64,000 bases of DNA. It comes from a virus. Positions 25,583 through 34,734 of this stretch are shown in pieces; the first letter of the stretch is position 1, and each line of letters opens with the position of its first letter. The stretch lies in IMG/VR virus record IMGVR_UViG_3300031965_000018, positions 1-64,000 of that record. One strand, 5' to 3'. Below the pieces are notes generated by a model. That model searched no databases, was not told where the DNA came from, and worked only from the letters and a program-made list of their open reading frames with translations. The position numbers and the translations under genes were made by a program.

Positions 25583-26651
25583 TCGTATTGTCGCCGTTGA
25601 TGTGAGGGATATTCTCCCTAATCCCTATCGTAATCTTGATAAGTATGTTTTAGACGCCACGAAGATCGATGCGCTTAAGCAGAGTTATGAGACTAGTGGC
25701 TTCTGGGATGGGTCAATTCAAGCACGGCCAAGTCCGACGATTCCAGATAAGTATGAGATTGCCTTTGGACATCACCGTATTGAGGCCGCTCGGATCAAAG
25801 GTATCACTCCAGTTGGGCTCGTCGTGTCTCAACGCTCGAATGCCGATATGCTCCGCATGATGGCCCACGAGAACAGCACCGACTTCCGCAACGACATGCG
25901 CCCGACGATTGAAACCATCCGCGCCGTCATCGAGGCATATGGCCGTGGGGAGATTGAGTTGGAGGTAATTACGGGACACGGAGCTAACCAGCAACAATAT
26001 AGTTTACCGAGCGGTAAACATTACTCCCTCGCAACCGTCGCCCGCTTCCTCAATTGGGTAAAAAATAGTGACAACCAGGCCACCACCGCATGCCGCGTGG
26101 CGTTTGATGCCTATCGGGAGGAAGCGGCGTCGGCGGAGGCGATTGAGCAGTTGGGTGGGAAGGAAGCCACTGAGACCGCGATCCTCGCCATTAACACGGC
26201 CATTCGCGCGGCGCGAGTGTCGGCACATGAGAAGGGATTGACTCCCTCACAAACCCGACAAGCTGAAAAAGCGGCAGCAGAAGCAACAGCGAACGCTATA
26301 CATAACTATGGAGCTGCCCGAGGTCGCGGTGAAGCCGTCTCGGCGGGTAAGGCGGCGGTAGATGCTATCGTTGGAAAGAAGAAACCGAAGACGGTGCCGG
26401 TTGAATTCTACATCGCTACCGTCAATAGTAAGAGTCTCGCCTATAACGCCTATGGAGAATTCTTGAAGCAGTGCGACGTGTTGTTACCCGTGTTAGAGCA
26501 CGTCCGACCGGAGGCCAAAGAAGCCCTAGCAGCGGCACTAGAGAGAATGCTTGAGCGCACGACTCAACCCGTATCTGCCCTCATCCGTGCCCTGCGTGCA
26601 GAAGACGTAGAGCAATTAACAAGGTTGCTTTCCAAGGAGACTTCGTCATGA
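25575..26651 (+). CDS. ParB/sulfiredoxin-like N-terminal domain protein
   Basis: ILPNPYRNL and YEIAFGHHRIEAARIKG form a GxxR-type ParB box. The long helical, Ala-rich C-terminus overlaps both neighbouring genes. Confidence 0.6.
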   Translation: MTSRIVAVDVRDILPNPYRNLDKYVLDATKIDALKQSYETSGFWDGSIQARPSPTIPDKYEIAFGHHRIEAARIKGITPVGLVVSQRSNADMLRMMAHENSTDFRNDMRPTIETIRAVIEAYGRGEIELEVITGHGANQQQYSLPSGKHYSLATVARFLNWVKNSDNQATTACRVAFDAYREEAASAEAIEQLGGKEATETAILAINTAIRAARVSAHEKGLTPSQTRQAEKAAAEATANAIHNYGAARGRGEAVSAGKAAVDAIVGKKKPKTVPVEFYIATVNSKSLAYNAYGEFLKQCDVLLPVLEHVRPEAKEALAAALERMLERTTQPVSALIRALRAEDVEQLTRLLSKETSS

Positions 26652-27283
26652 GAGAATCTATGCGATCGATTGGTGATATTGCTCAGAGAACCAGAGAGAC
26701 ACGAGATATCATCGATTACCCCGACGGTACTATTGCGTGGGGGGAGCTTACTCGTGTAGGTACATACTACTTCCGTACTACGAAAGGTCGAGACAGACTT
26801 TTGCTCCCGCTCGATGACCATAACCCGTGGCGCGACCGTGGAGATCAAGGCCATCGGGTTTCCAATATAGACTTAGCTGTCTTGATTGTAAACTCTCACC
26901 GAAAGTCAGACCACCTGAGTTACGAGGAAGATTTGCGAGTCGTTAAAAAGGTATTACATGACGCTTATAAATCGGTGATTGAAGTCGTTACTAACCTAGG
27001 AAATACCGTCATTGCCGTAGATGCTGAAGGTATGGCGTTAGGAGTCGAGGGCAATACTAACCCACAAGCAGGATTTGACCTAGCAGATTCTCCTGCGGGA
27101 CGGGCGCTTAAAATGCAAAAGATTGCCTCACTCGGAGGATCAGCGAAACGTGTGAATCGCGACATCGAAAGTCTGCGTGCACCAGAACCAAAGCTAGACG
27201 AACTCTATGGGGTAAATCAACTCGTATCGGGGGCAGCAGCTCAAGTATTGTACAACGAGAACAGATATGAGGATGACTTGTGA
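26648..27283 (+). CDS. hypothetical protein within modification operon
   Basis: 211-aa track ORF, ATGA/GTGA-coupled. No motif recognised. Confidence 0.5.
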   Translation: MRESMRSIGDIAQRTRETRDIIDYPDGTIAWGELTRVGTYYFRTTKGRDRLLLPLDDHNPWRDRGDQGHRVSNIDLAVLIVNSHRKSDHLSYEEDLRVVKKVLHDAYKSVIEVVTNLGNTVIAVDAEGMALGVEGNTNPQAGFDLADSPAGRALKMQKIASLGGSAKRVNRDIESLRAPEPKLDELYGVNQLVSGAAAQVLYNENRYEDDL

Positions 27284-28293
27284 TCACCCTCCGCGTCCGC
27301 AACGTCCACGAGGCACTCCCCGTCGCCATCGAGTTACTCCATCGCATCGGCATCCGGCGCGAGTCTCGCAACGGGCCAGTTCTCCAGTCGCCCGAGCCGG
27401 TCGCCACGGTATATGAGCATCCGACTGAGCGCGTCATCTTCTGGCCCGAGCGGGATGCGAATCCATTCTTGCATTTGTACGAGAGCCTGTGGATGCTCGC
27501 CGGGCATAATGACCTCGCACCATTGCTCCGGTATACAAAACGGTTCGCAGAGTTTTCCGACGACGGCGAGACGCTGCACGGAGCGTATGGGTATCGGTGG
27601 CGGAACCATTTTCGTATCCAGGCAGTGAAGAGCGAGTACCATAAGACGGACCAACTCTCCGTCATAGCCGAGCAGCTCAAAGCGAATCCCGAGGATCGCC
27701 GGTGCGTTCTGGGCATGTGGGACCCGGAAGCCGATCTTGGCCGCCAGGGCAAGGATCTGCCCTGTAACGACACCGCCACGTTCCAGATCGGCCCAGACGG
27801 GCGTTTGAACATGGTCGTCTTCTGCCGCTCCAACGACATCGTCTGGGGTGCCTACGGCGCGAATGCCGTCCACTTCAGCTATCTCCTCGAATACATGGCC
27901 GCGTGGATCGGCGTCCCGGTCGGCACGTATACGCAGGTCAGCGTCAACTGGCACGCGTATCTAAAGACGCTAGAGCCGGTGCGGAAGTTGAATCTGGCGT
28001 ATGGTGACCCGTATGGAAGTGGGCGCGTCCTCTCGCACTCGTTACCGTCAGCTGCTTTCGCCGGAGGTATCGAGGTCATCGACCGTGACATCTCCGAGAT
28101 TTTGCGGCAAGCTGATAGCGGTGAATGGAATGAGTGGACGGTGAAACTCAGCTGGTCCGCAAGCGTGATCTACATTCTTCATATGCACCATAACTGGAAA
28201 ACCAGAGGGCGTGCCTGGACTCTCAAATACGCCATACCCGTCGATGATTGGTCACTAGCCGCTATCGAGTGGCTGGAACGGAGGAAGGCGTGA
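27280..28293 (+). CDS. thymidylate synthase (ThyA) family enzyme, candidate deoxypyrimidylate hydroxymethylase
   Basis: ESLWMLAGHNDL, HGAYGYRWRNHF, DQLSVIAEQLKANPEDRRCVLGMWDP, catalytic DLPCN, FCRSNDIVWGAYGAN and NWHAY. There is about 70 aa of extra C-terminal sequence. Confidence 0.8.
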   Translation: MITLRVRNVHEALPVAIELLHRIGIRRESRNGPVLQSPEPVATVYEHPTERVIFWPERDANPFLHLYESLWMLAGHNDLAPLLRYTKRFAEFSDDGETLHGAYGYRWRNHFRIQAVKSEYHKTDQLSVIAEQLKANPEDRRCVLGMWDPEADLGRQGKDLPCNDTATFQIGPDGRLNMVVFCRSNDIVWGAYGANAVHFSYLLEYMAAWIGVPVGTYTQVSVNWHAYLKTLEPVRKLNLAYGDPYGSGRVLSHSLPSAAFAGGIEVIDRDISEILRQADSGEWNEWTVKLSWSASVIYILHMHHNWKTRGRAWTLKYAIPVDDWSLAAIEWLERRKA

Positions 28294-28541
28294 TGGCCAA
28301 GAAACGCGATCCATTCAATGGCACCATCCACGATTGGGCCGCTCGCGCGGCGGAACGGATTGCCGATGACCGAGAGGCATCGGTATCTCGCATCGCCGCG
28401 ATCATCGAGACATACGCCCAGCCCTGGCTCAAGCTACTCCGCGAGTCGCGTCGAGGACACGAGTTCCAGTGCGAGGGCGACGACAACTGTGATTGCGAAG
28501 CCAAAGAGTGGAACGAGAAAGTTGATAAGGCGCTGCGATGA
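28293..28541 (+). CDS. hypothetical protein
   Basis: MAKKRDPFNGTIHDWAARAAE... is the internal ATG of the track ORF, sharing 1 nt with the upstream TGA. Confidence 0.45.
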   Translation: MAKKRDPFNGTIHDWAARAAERIADDREASVSRIAAIIETYAQPWLKLLRESRRGHEFQCEGDDNCDCEAKEWNEKVDKALR

Positions 28542-28621
28542 CTAAGCAAGATGTCTACCGATGGTTATTCGTGTTAGGTGTGCTCTTACTCGTCTGGCTT
28601 ATGCGAGACACGCGCCGATGA
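28538..28621 (+). CDS. possible 27-aa membrane peptide
   Basis: MTKQDVYRWLFVLGVLLLVWLMRDTRR. ATGA-coupled on both sides. Confidence 0.3.
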   Translation: MTKQDVYRWLFVLGVLLLVWLMRDTRR

Positions 28622-28845
28622 CTATCGAAGAACTGGCTGAGAAACTGACGCCCATCACACTCGAAGCGTTAGAGTGTGATCCGGGCACCGACGTCAACGC
28701 CGCGGCGATTGTTCTTTGCGCGCTCATGGGCGCCATCGAACAGAATCGGGAGGCTCTATTCCCGTTGGCATTCATTTGTGGCCAAGTCACTCGGCACTTC
28801 GAGTCCCATGACCCGAACGTGAAAGGCTATAAGGAACCCAATTGA
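28618..28845 (+). CDS. hypothetical protein
   Basis: MTIEELAEKLTPITLEALE... is an internal start of track ORF 28561..28845. Confidence 0.4.
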   Translation: MTIEELAEKLTPITLEALECDPGTDVNAAAIVLCALMGAIEQNREALFPLAFICGQVTRHFESHDPNVKGYKEPN

Positions 28846-29005
28846 GAATCAATCGCGGGCAGCTTCGACGTCAAAGACAGTGGTTGTCCGGGCCAGGCAA
28901 GATGTCACCTTCACGGGCGCGATTTCGACGTAGACACTTATTAGACGCACTGTCTATCCTGATCGCGCGGTTACGCCGTATGGGCAACCTAACGGATCGA
29001 AGACC

Positions 29006-29662
29006 ATGAGAATCTCTTCCAAACGCCAATTCTTCGCCCTTTGGCGCGAGGGAGTCCTGGGGAACCGGACGTTGCTCTGGGATACGGTCGAGGAAGCCCT
29101 TGCCTACCGGCCTTCGGTCGCGCGTATCGGTTTCCGCGAACTGGGGAAGGCGGGCGGTGGGGCGTGGGAACTGGCGGCCCGTAGCGAGGCCCGTAGCGTC
29201 TCGGATCGGTGGCGCGCGGAAGGCCGGACGTTTATCCTGGACGGCTCGGTGCCGAACGATAAGAGCACGATGCAAGGCGAAGTCTGTCGGACGACGCGCG
29301 GGTTGGAAGGCTATCTGTGTTTTCGCAACTTCTTCCGAGTGCAATTCCCAGATCGCGGAGTCTGCGAGTTCAGTGGAGTCTATACGAACTTGAAACCTGG
29401 CGAGGGAGTAACGGTCCAACCGCTCACAGAACCGGGACTCCCGCCTATGCGCCAGACACTAGCACGAGGGCTCCATCGTCACTTCAGCTACGTCATGACG
29501 CGCTATCTCTTGGAGCGATACATGGACCCGTCTAGCCGCGATGACCTCGATATGCTTCTGGAGCAATACCCGGATGCGACCGTCGAGTTCACGTGCTTCA
29601 GCGTCAACGTCGGATTGTTTCCGAGGCGCAATACCATATTTTGGGAAGTGAGATCGTATTGA
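29006..29662 (+). CDS. hypothetical protein
   Basis: 218-aa track ORF after a 160-nt noncoding gap. No motif recognised. Confidence 0.5.
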   Translation: MRISSKRQFFALWREGVLGNRTLLWDTVEEALAYRPSVARIGFRELGKAGGGAWELAARSEARSVSDRWRAEGRTFILDGSVPNDKSTMQGEVCRTTRGLEGYLCFRNFFRVQFPDRGVCEFSGVYTNLKPGEGVTVQPLTEPGLPPMRQTLARGLHRHFSYVMTRYLLERYMDPSSRDDLDMLLEQYPDATVEFTCFSVNVGLFPRRNTIFWEVRSY

Positions 29663-29877
29663 TGACCGGAACAATCATTCGTATCCTCCACGTCAAGGGT
29701 TTCGGATTTCTCCTGGATGAAGAGGGCGCGGAACGATTCATCCACGTGGCCGACCTACTCGATGAGACCGCATGGGCGACGTTGCGCGGCGGGATTCGCG
29801 TCGAGTTCAAACCTATTCATCGACCCAACGGCAGCGGCAACCAGCTGGGTGTTGCGGATTTGAGAGTAACAGAATAA
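29662..29877 (+). CDS. cold-shock domain (CspA-like) protein
   Basis: GTIIRILHVKGFGFLLDEEGAERFIHV carries the RNP1/RNP2-like KGFGF and FxH motifs. Confidence 0.7.
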   Translation: MTGTIIRILHVKGFGFLLDEEGAERFIHVADLLDETAWATLRGGIRVEFKPIHRPNGSGNQLGVADLRVTE

Positions 29878-30677
29878 TGAGCGTCAACCTCGCCCAATCA
29901 CTCCAGCTACTCCGGCCCTTGACGGTTTTCGATGTCGAGACGACGGGCGTCTCGTGGGACAACGACCGCATCATACAGATCAGCGTCACGAAGCATTCTC
30001 CCTCGAAAGATCCGATCCGTTGGACGTCACTCGTCAACCCCAGCATCCCGGTGCCCGTGGAGATACAGCGCATACACGGCATCACGGACGAGGCACTTGC
30101 CGGTGCGCCTACGTTCAAGAGTCTCGCGGCGGATCTGGCGCGCACCGCATTTACGGGCGTGGACTTCGCGGGCCATGGCGTGACGTTCGACTTGAAGATG
30201 TTCCGAGCCGAGTGTCGGCGCGCGGGCGTCGAGTGGGATTGGGAGAAGACGGACGCAAAGGTCATCGATACGTTACGCATCCGCCAGATCACGATGCCCA
30301 ACGACCTATCGACCGTCTATGAGGACATCACCGGCCAGAAGCTCACCAACGCGCACGACGCCGGTGCCGATGTCATAGCGACGGAGATTGTTCTAGCCGG
30401 ACAGTTATCCCGCCACACGAAGCTCCCGCGCACGGTCACGGCCTTGGCGGACTTTTGCTGGCCGAAGAAAACGGACGCGGTAGACGCGGCCGGGAAGTTC
30501 GTATGGCGGAACGGTAAGGCGTGTCTTGCCTTCGGAAAGTTCAGCGGCCGACCACTGGATGACCCGAGCGTGAAGGATTATCTCGCGTGGATGCTGAGGG
30601 GCGACTTCCCGCCCGAGACGAAAGATATTGTGAAACGTGCCCTGTCGGGTGAGATGCCGGTGAAGGAGACTCAATGA
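29877..30677 (+). CDS. DnaQ-like DEDDh 3'-5' exonuclease
   Basis: Exo I VFDVETTG, Exo II HGVTFDLKMF and Exo III NAHDAGADV, plus an extra C-terminal domain of about 90 aa. Confidence 0.75.
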   Translation: MSVNLAQSLQLLRPLTVFDVETTGVSWDNDRIIQISVTKHSPSKDPIRWTSLVNPSIPVPVEIQRIHGITDEALAGAPTFKSLAADLARTAFTGVDFAGHGVTFDLKMFRAECRRAGVEWDWEKTDAKVIDTLRIRQITMPNDLSTVYEDITGQKLTNAHDAGADVIATEIVLAGQLSRHTKLPRTVTALADFCWPKKTDAVDAAGKFVWRNGKACLAFGKFSGRPLDDPSVKDYLAWMLRGDFPPETKDIVKRALSGEMPVKETQ

Positions 30678-30922
30678 ATCTGCGGCCTTTCGGTTCGGTC
30701 AAGAATTGCGCACTTTGTGGTACAAGACTAACGGGTATACCAGGTGTAGTATCAATTCGCGCATGCGTCGCTGAGTGTATGCGGATAGGTAAGAGTGATT
30801 TTACAGACACTACATCGCTTGCAAGCGAGCGAGAGCCTCATAGTCACGTTACGTGCGATAGGTGCGGATTCACGTGGCTAGAGTTACCCTATGACCAATC
30901 ACTAGTGAAAGACCTATGGTAG
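30674..30922 (+). CDS. hypothetical zinc-finger protein
   Basis: CALCG ... CDRCG pairs. ATGA-coupled. Confidence 0.45.
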   Translation: MNLRPFGSVKNCALCGTRLTGIPGVVSIRACVAECMRIGKSDFTDTTSLASEREPHSHVTCDRCGFTWLELPYDQSLVKDLW

Positions 30923-32517
30923 CCATCCCAGAACTCCGCGAGTGGTACGGGTTACATCGATGCCCCGTTCGACCTTACGACCATCAGGTAATCGGCATCG
31001 ACGCGCTCGTCAAGCGCCCATTCTTTCTACTAGCAGACGAAATGGGCGCGGGGAAGACGATTCAAACCATCGTGGCCGCGCAACTCTTATTCGAGGCCGG
31101 GACAATAGATCGTCTGCTCGTCATTGCACCGGCCGGTGTACGTGCCGTATGGTTCGATCAGGAGATGGGCGAACTCCGGCGGCATCTATTTGTCCCCGCT
31201 CGCATTACGGAGTTTCACGCGAGGCTCCGACAGTGGACCGTCCAACCCACCACCACGCCGAGCGACCGGGTGCTCGACATCTACATCACGAACTACGATT
31301 TCATTCGCGCCAAGGCTCGTCTCCACCAGCTGCTCCCATTCTGCTCGCCCAAGACGATGCTTGTTCTCGATGAGTCGAGTGCGGTCAAGAACGCGCAGGC
31401 GCAACAGACCAAAGCCGTATTACAACTACGGCGGGCGTGTGGCCGCGTGGTGCTATTGAACGGAACGCCGATTGCGAATCATCCGGGTGATATGTATAGT
31501 CAGGGCAACATCATGAGCTCTCGAATACTCAACTGCCCGTCCTATACGCAATTCTGCCATCGGTTCGCGTCGATGAAGCCGATTCTGGGGCCTGGCGGAC
31601 GGCCGGTGGTGAGCCCGAGGACGGGACGGCCTATCTTCGCCCCGGACTCGTGGACAGGCATCGAGGTCATTCAAAAGTCATTTGGCCCCTATGTCCTCCG
31701 GCGGCTGAAGAAAGATTGTCTGGACCTGCCCGATAAACTCTCACCCGTCATTTGGACGGTCCCGCTCGATGACCGGACGTGGAAGGTCTACAAGGCAATG
31801 CGAGACGATCTTGTGGCGTGGATCTCGGATGCCTCGATGAGCATGGCGCCACAGATCATTACGAAGATTATGCGCTTGGCGCAAATCACGAGCGGGTTTC
31901 TCGGCGGCATTGAGACACTATCCTTGGACGACGGTGCAGAGAATCCCGTGCTCGATATCGACGCGCCACCCACAGAGACGGCGGTGCAAGAGGTGGGCCG
32001 TGAGAAACTGGATTTACTTTTGGAACGGTTGGATGCGTTCCTTGGTGAAGACCCGAATCTCAAAGTTGTCATTTGGAGTCGCTTCACCCCCGAGCTACAG
32101 CGAGCAGTATCGGAGGCCCGCGCTCGGTGGCCGAGCATCCCCATGGGCGTCGTCGCAGGCGGGCAGAAGAAAGTAGATCGGGAGGAAGCCCTCAGGCTCC
32201 TACATCCAGATACCGCGCCCGCAGGTCCAGCGTTCATCTTCGGTAATCCGCAGAGCGGCGGTCTAGGCGTCAACTTCACCGCTGCCGATAAGATGATCTA
32301 CATCAGTCGTGACTACAGCCTCTATCGTCGGCTCCAGGCAGATGATCGTATCCATCGGCCCGGGCAACGACGCCCGGCCGGATACTTCGACATCCTCGCC
32401 ACGGGACCACGAGGGCAGAAGACGGTTGATCACGACATCTATACGGCGCTGGTCGTGAAAGAGAACCTTGCGGAGCGAACCACGAGTGCATGGGTAAAAT
32501 CACTGCGAACGGAGTGA
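30916..32517 (+). CDS. SNF2/Rad54-family helicase
   Basis: Motif I LADEMGAGKT, motif II LVLDESSAVKN and motif VI DDRIHRPGQ. Confidence 0.8.
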   Translation: MVAIPELREWYGLHRCPVRPYDHQVIGIDALVKRPFFLLADEMGAGKTIQTIVAAQLLFEAGTIDRLLVIAPAGVRAVWFDQEMGELRRHLFVPARITEFHARLRQWTVQPTTTPSDRVLDIYITNYDFIRAKARLHQLLPFCSPKTMLVLDESSAVKNAQAQQTKAVLQLRRACGRVVLLNGTPIANHPGDMYSQGNIMSSRILNCPSYTQFCHRFASMKPILGPGGRPVVSPRTGRPIFAPDSWTGIEVIQKSFGPYVLRRLKKDCLDLPDKLSPVIWTVPLDDRTWKVYKAMRDDLVAWISDASMSMAPQIITKIMRLAQITSGFLGGIETLSLDDGAENPVLDIDAPPTETAVQEVGREKLDLLLERLDAFLGEDPNLKVVIWSRFTPELQRAVSEARARWPSIPMGVVAGGQKKVDREEALRLLHPDTAPAGPAFIFGNPQSGGLGVNFTAADKMIYISRDYSLYRRLQADDRIHRPGQRRPAGYFDILATGPRGQKTVDHDIYTALVVKENLAERTTSAWVKSLRTE

Positions 32518-32528
32518 TAGGTGGCGCG

Positions 32529-32783
32529 ATGAAGCATCCCCGAGAGTTTCGTGTGGTATTCAACGGCTCGTTGTTCCGCGTGCAGTATCGGAGGCGTTTC
32601 TTCATGTTTGGAATTCGGTTCTATGGCCGATGGCACACCCACGGCTACGAGCAAAGCACACCTTACGGTGGCGGGTGTGATGGTCATAATTACGAGACGT
32701 TGGATGAAGCCAAAGAGGAGTCTCGACGGCTATTGTGTCAAGACGTGCGCCATATTGATTCATGGAAACCGTTAGATACATAA
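32529..32783 (+). CDS. hypothetical protein
   Basis: MKHPREFRVVFNGSLFRVQYRR... is an internal ATG of the track ORF. Confidence 0.4.
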   Translation: MKHPREFRVVFNGSLFRVQYRRRFFMFGIRFYGRWHTHGYEQSTPYGGGCDGHNYETLDEAKEESRRLLCQDVRHIDSWKPLDT

Positions 32784-32790
32784 GTTTATC

Positions 32791-32821
32791 GTTTATTTGA
32801 CGGTCGGTTTCGGTTTATAAT
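32791..32821 (+). promoter_or_regulatory. conserved promoter-like box P2
   Basis: gtttatttgacggtcggtttcggtttataat contains TATAAT at 32816-32821 and lies in an AT-rich gap. It is a near-duplicate of box P1 at 20710-20739. Confidence 0.45.
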
Positions 32822-32870
32822 TCTCGTGCTTTCAGCGTCCCGCCGATGAAGCGTTTCCGAAAGGGAAGCA

Positions 32871-33221
32871 ATGGCCCGCCACTTAGTCAAGTCCCTCAGC
32901 CAACTCCGATCCGAGAACCATCCACGTCTCCATTGGCTCACAATCAAGAACAAGCGATTCTGTGAACTGACGATGAGCCCGAGTCCTGAAGAGGCGCAGG
33001 CACTCGATACCTACTTCCATCAGTTCGCATCGGAACAGGCTTACTGCTTGAGGTGTGGCGGCGAGTCGTTTGTGGAATGGGGAATCGCGCACGGCGAGAC
33101 TCAGTGCACCACGTGCGGCTACCCTTCACGACTCTACCACAAGGGACTCCCACTTGCCAATAATTTATGTCTTGTTTTGCAGTATCACCCGGATGAAGTG
33201 AAAGAGGTCATCGATGCGTAA
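32871..33221 (+). CDS. hypothetical zinc-ribbon protein
   Basis: CLRCGG...CTTCGY; 116 aa. Confidence 0.45.
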   Translation: MARHLVKSLSQLRSENHPRLHWLTIKNKRFCELTMSPSPEEAQALDTYFHQFASEQAYCLRCGGESFVEWGIAHGETQCTTCGYPSRLYHKGLPLANNLCLVLQYHPDEVKEVIDA

Positions 33222-33444
33222 AGCCAAGATGGCCGCGCAGCAGCGCGGTCGAAGCAAGCCCAAACGATTCACGAAGACGGAGCGCGAGCGATTGCGACAG
33301 TTGCGGCGGAAGCAAGGACCATCTGCTCAACGGAGAGCCGCCTACCGACACGAGGTCATCGAGACGCTTGCGTGTGGGTGCAAGAAAACGCGAGTGGGAA
33401 TGCTTCTTTGCCTCGAACACGGCTTAGTGGAGGAAACGAAATGA
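33214..33444 (+). CDS. hypothetical basic protein
   Basis: 76-aa Arg/Lys-rich track ORF. Confidence 0.4.
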   Translation: MRKAKMAAQQRGRSKPKRFTKTERERLRQLRRKQGPSAQRRAAYRHEVIETLACGCKKTRVGMLLCLEHGLVEETK

Positions 33445-33656
33445 AACCCACCAAGCGCCAGAAGCCATTCAAAGGCGGTCGCCTCGCACTTCCCTCGTGC
33501 GTCCTGCCAAAGATTCGCGCGGTCGTGGAGCGTGAGGCTCGGTTCTTTGGCGTCTCAAAGTCATTTGTGATTGCTGTTGCGCTGGCAGATATCTTCGGTA
33601 TCTCTGAGCAAGAGCACTATGCAGAGTCGAAGCCGAAGTTGAGGAGGGTGAAGTGA
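33441..33656 (+). CDS. ribbon-helix-helix (CopG/Arc-like) protein
   Basis: The GVSKSFVIAVALADIFG pattern fits a beta-strand plus helix RHH fold. ATGA-coupled. Confidence 0.4.
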   Translation: MKPTKRQKPFKGGRLALPSCVLPKIRAVVEREARFFGVSKSFVIAVALADIFGISEQEHYAESKPKLRRVK

Positions 33657-34129
33657 ATATCTACGGAGAGAACCACATCGAGTATCGTCACGATGAACAC
33701 GAGCGAGCTGAACTGGGACCTGGGCCGTGGCAAGATGAGCCAGACAAGGTTCAGTGGATCGACCGAGAGACGGGGCTGAATTGCCTCATCAAGCGAAATC
33801 CAATCGGAGCGTTGTGCGGCTACGTCGGAGTCGAAGCAACGCACCCACTACACGGCGTGAATTATGGCGATATGGACGACATTGAGGTTCATGGCGGACT
33901 GACCTACTCTAGCGCCTGCGATGGTGACGAGCAAACTGGCATTTGCCATGTTCCGGTTCAGGGTCGCGGCGAGGTCTGGTGGTTTGGCTTTGACTGTGCC
34001 CATGCTTTTGACTTGGCACCGTCAAGGAGATTGCGCAATTGGCTCTCAAAAGATGATATCTACCGCGACATTAACTACGTGAAGAGCGAAGTGGAGAAGC
34101 TCGCGCTCCAGCTGAAAGCGAGGGCATAG
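33653..34129 (+). CDS. conserved phage protein of unknown function
   Basis: GPWQDEPDKVQWIDRETGLNCLIKRNPIGALCGYVGV...HGGLTY...WWFGFDCAH is a pattern I recognise as recurrent in phages. It has no assigned function. Confidence 0.5.
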   Translation: MNIYGENHIEYRHDEHERAELGPGPWQDEPDKVQWIDRETGLNCLIKRNPIGALCGYVGVEATHPLHGVNYGDMDDIEVHGGLTYSSACDGDEQTGICHVPVQGRGEVWWFGFDCAHAFDLAPSRRLRNWLSKDDIYRDINYVKSEVEKLALQLKARA

Positions 34130-34725
34130 TGGCCAGCAAATACGCCAAGCTCAAGGGCAAGCTCCCCGACGCGCCCATCGATGACATCAGCCGGCAGGAG
34201 AAGATCGATGCCATCAAGGACGCCATCCGCAGTGAAGAGACGCATACGCCTGAGTCTCTGGCCCGTGCGTATCACATGGCGAGGTTCGGGCGACAACCCG
34301 GACTCTTTTCAACCATGGAACGGCAAGCCTTCATCTCGGCACTCGGCGTCGAGGGCATCGATGAGTTGCTCTCGGAAGCGCAGCGAATTCTCGAAGCGCA
34401 TGAGCAGCTACTCATCGAGAGTTACGAGACGGACGAACGCGGGTGGGGTGAATACGGCGCATCCGAGTCCACGGTGCGTCTCCCGTCCGGCTCCTCCGTC
34501 TCGGCACAGTGGGAGCCGTATCCGAAGGTGGAAGACAAGGAGCGATTCCGCCAGTGGTGCGTGAAGAACGGTCTGGAGCAATCGCTTCAATTGTGGCCCT
34601 CGACCATGGCCTCCATCACCAAACAGTATCTCATGGCCGGGCAACCGGAACCCGATGGCGTTGTGGCCTATGGGCGCTACAAGATCGTGTACCGGAAGGC
34701 TGGGGCGCGAGCGGCGGATGAATAG
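34129..34725 (+). CDS. hypothetical protein
   Basis: 198-aa track ORF with a non-ATG start. Confidence 0.45.
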   Translation: MASKYAKLKGKLPDAPIDDISRQEKIDAIKDAIRSEETHTPESLARAYHMARFGRQPGLFSTMERQAFISALGVEGIDELLSEAQRILEAHEQLLIESYETDERGWGEYGASESTVRLPSGSSVSAQWEPYPKVEDKERFRQWCVKNGLEQSLQLWPSTMASITKQYLMAGQPEPDGVVAYGRYKIVYRKAGARAADE

Positions 34726-34734
34726 GATGTAATC

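Noticed and set aside
28871-29419. 182-aa minus-strand ORF in the + strand arm
   Set aside because: It is antisense to the 29006-29662 ORF, isolated from any other minus-strand gene, and has an Arg/Pro-rich translation.
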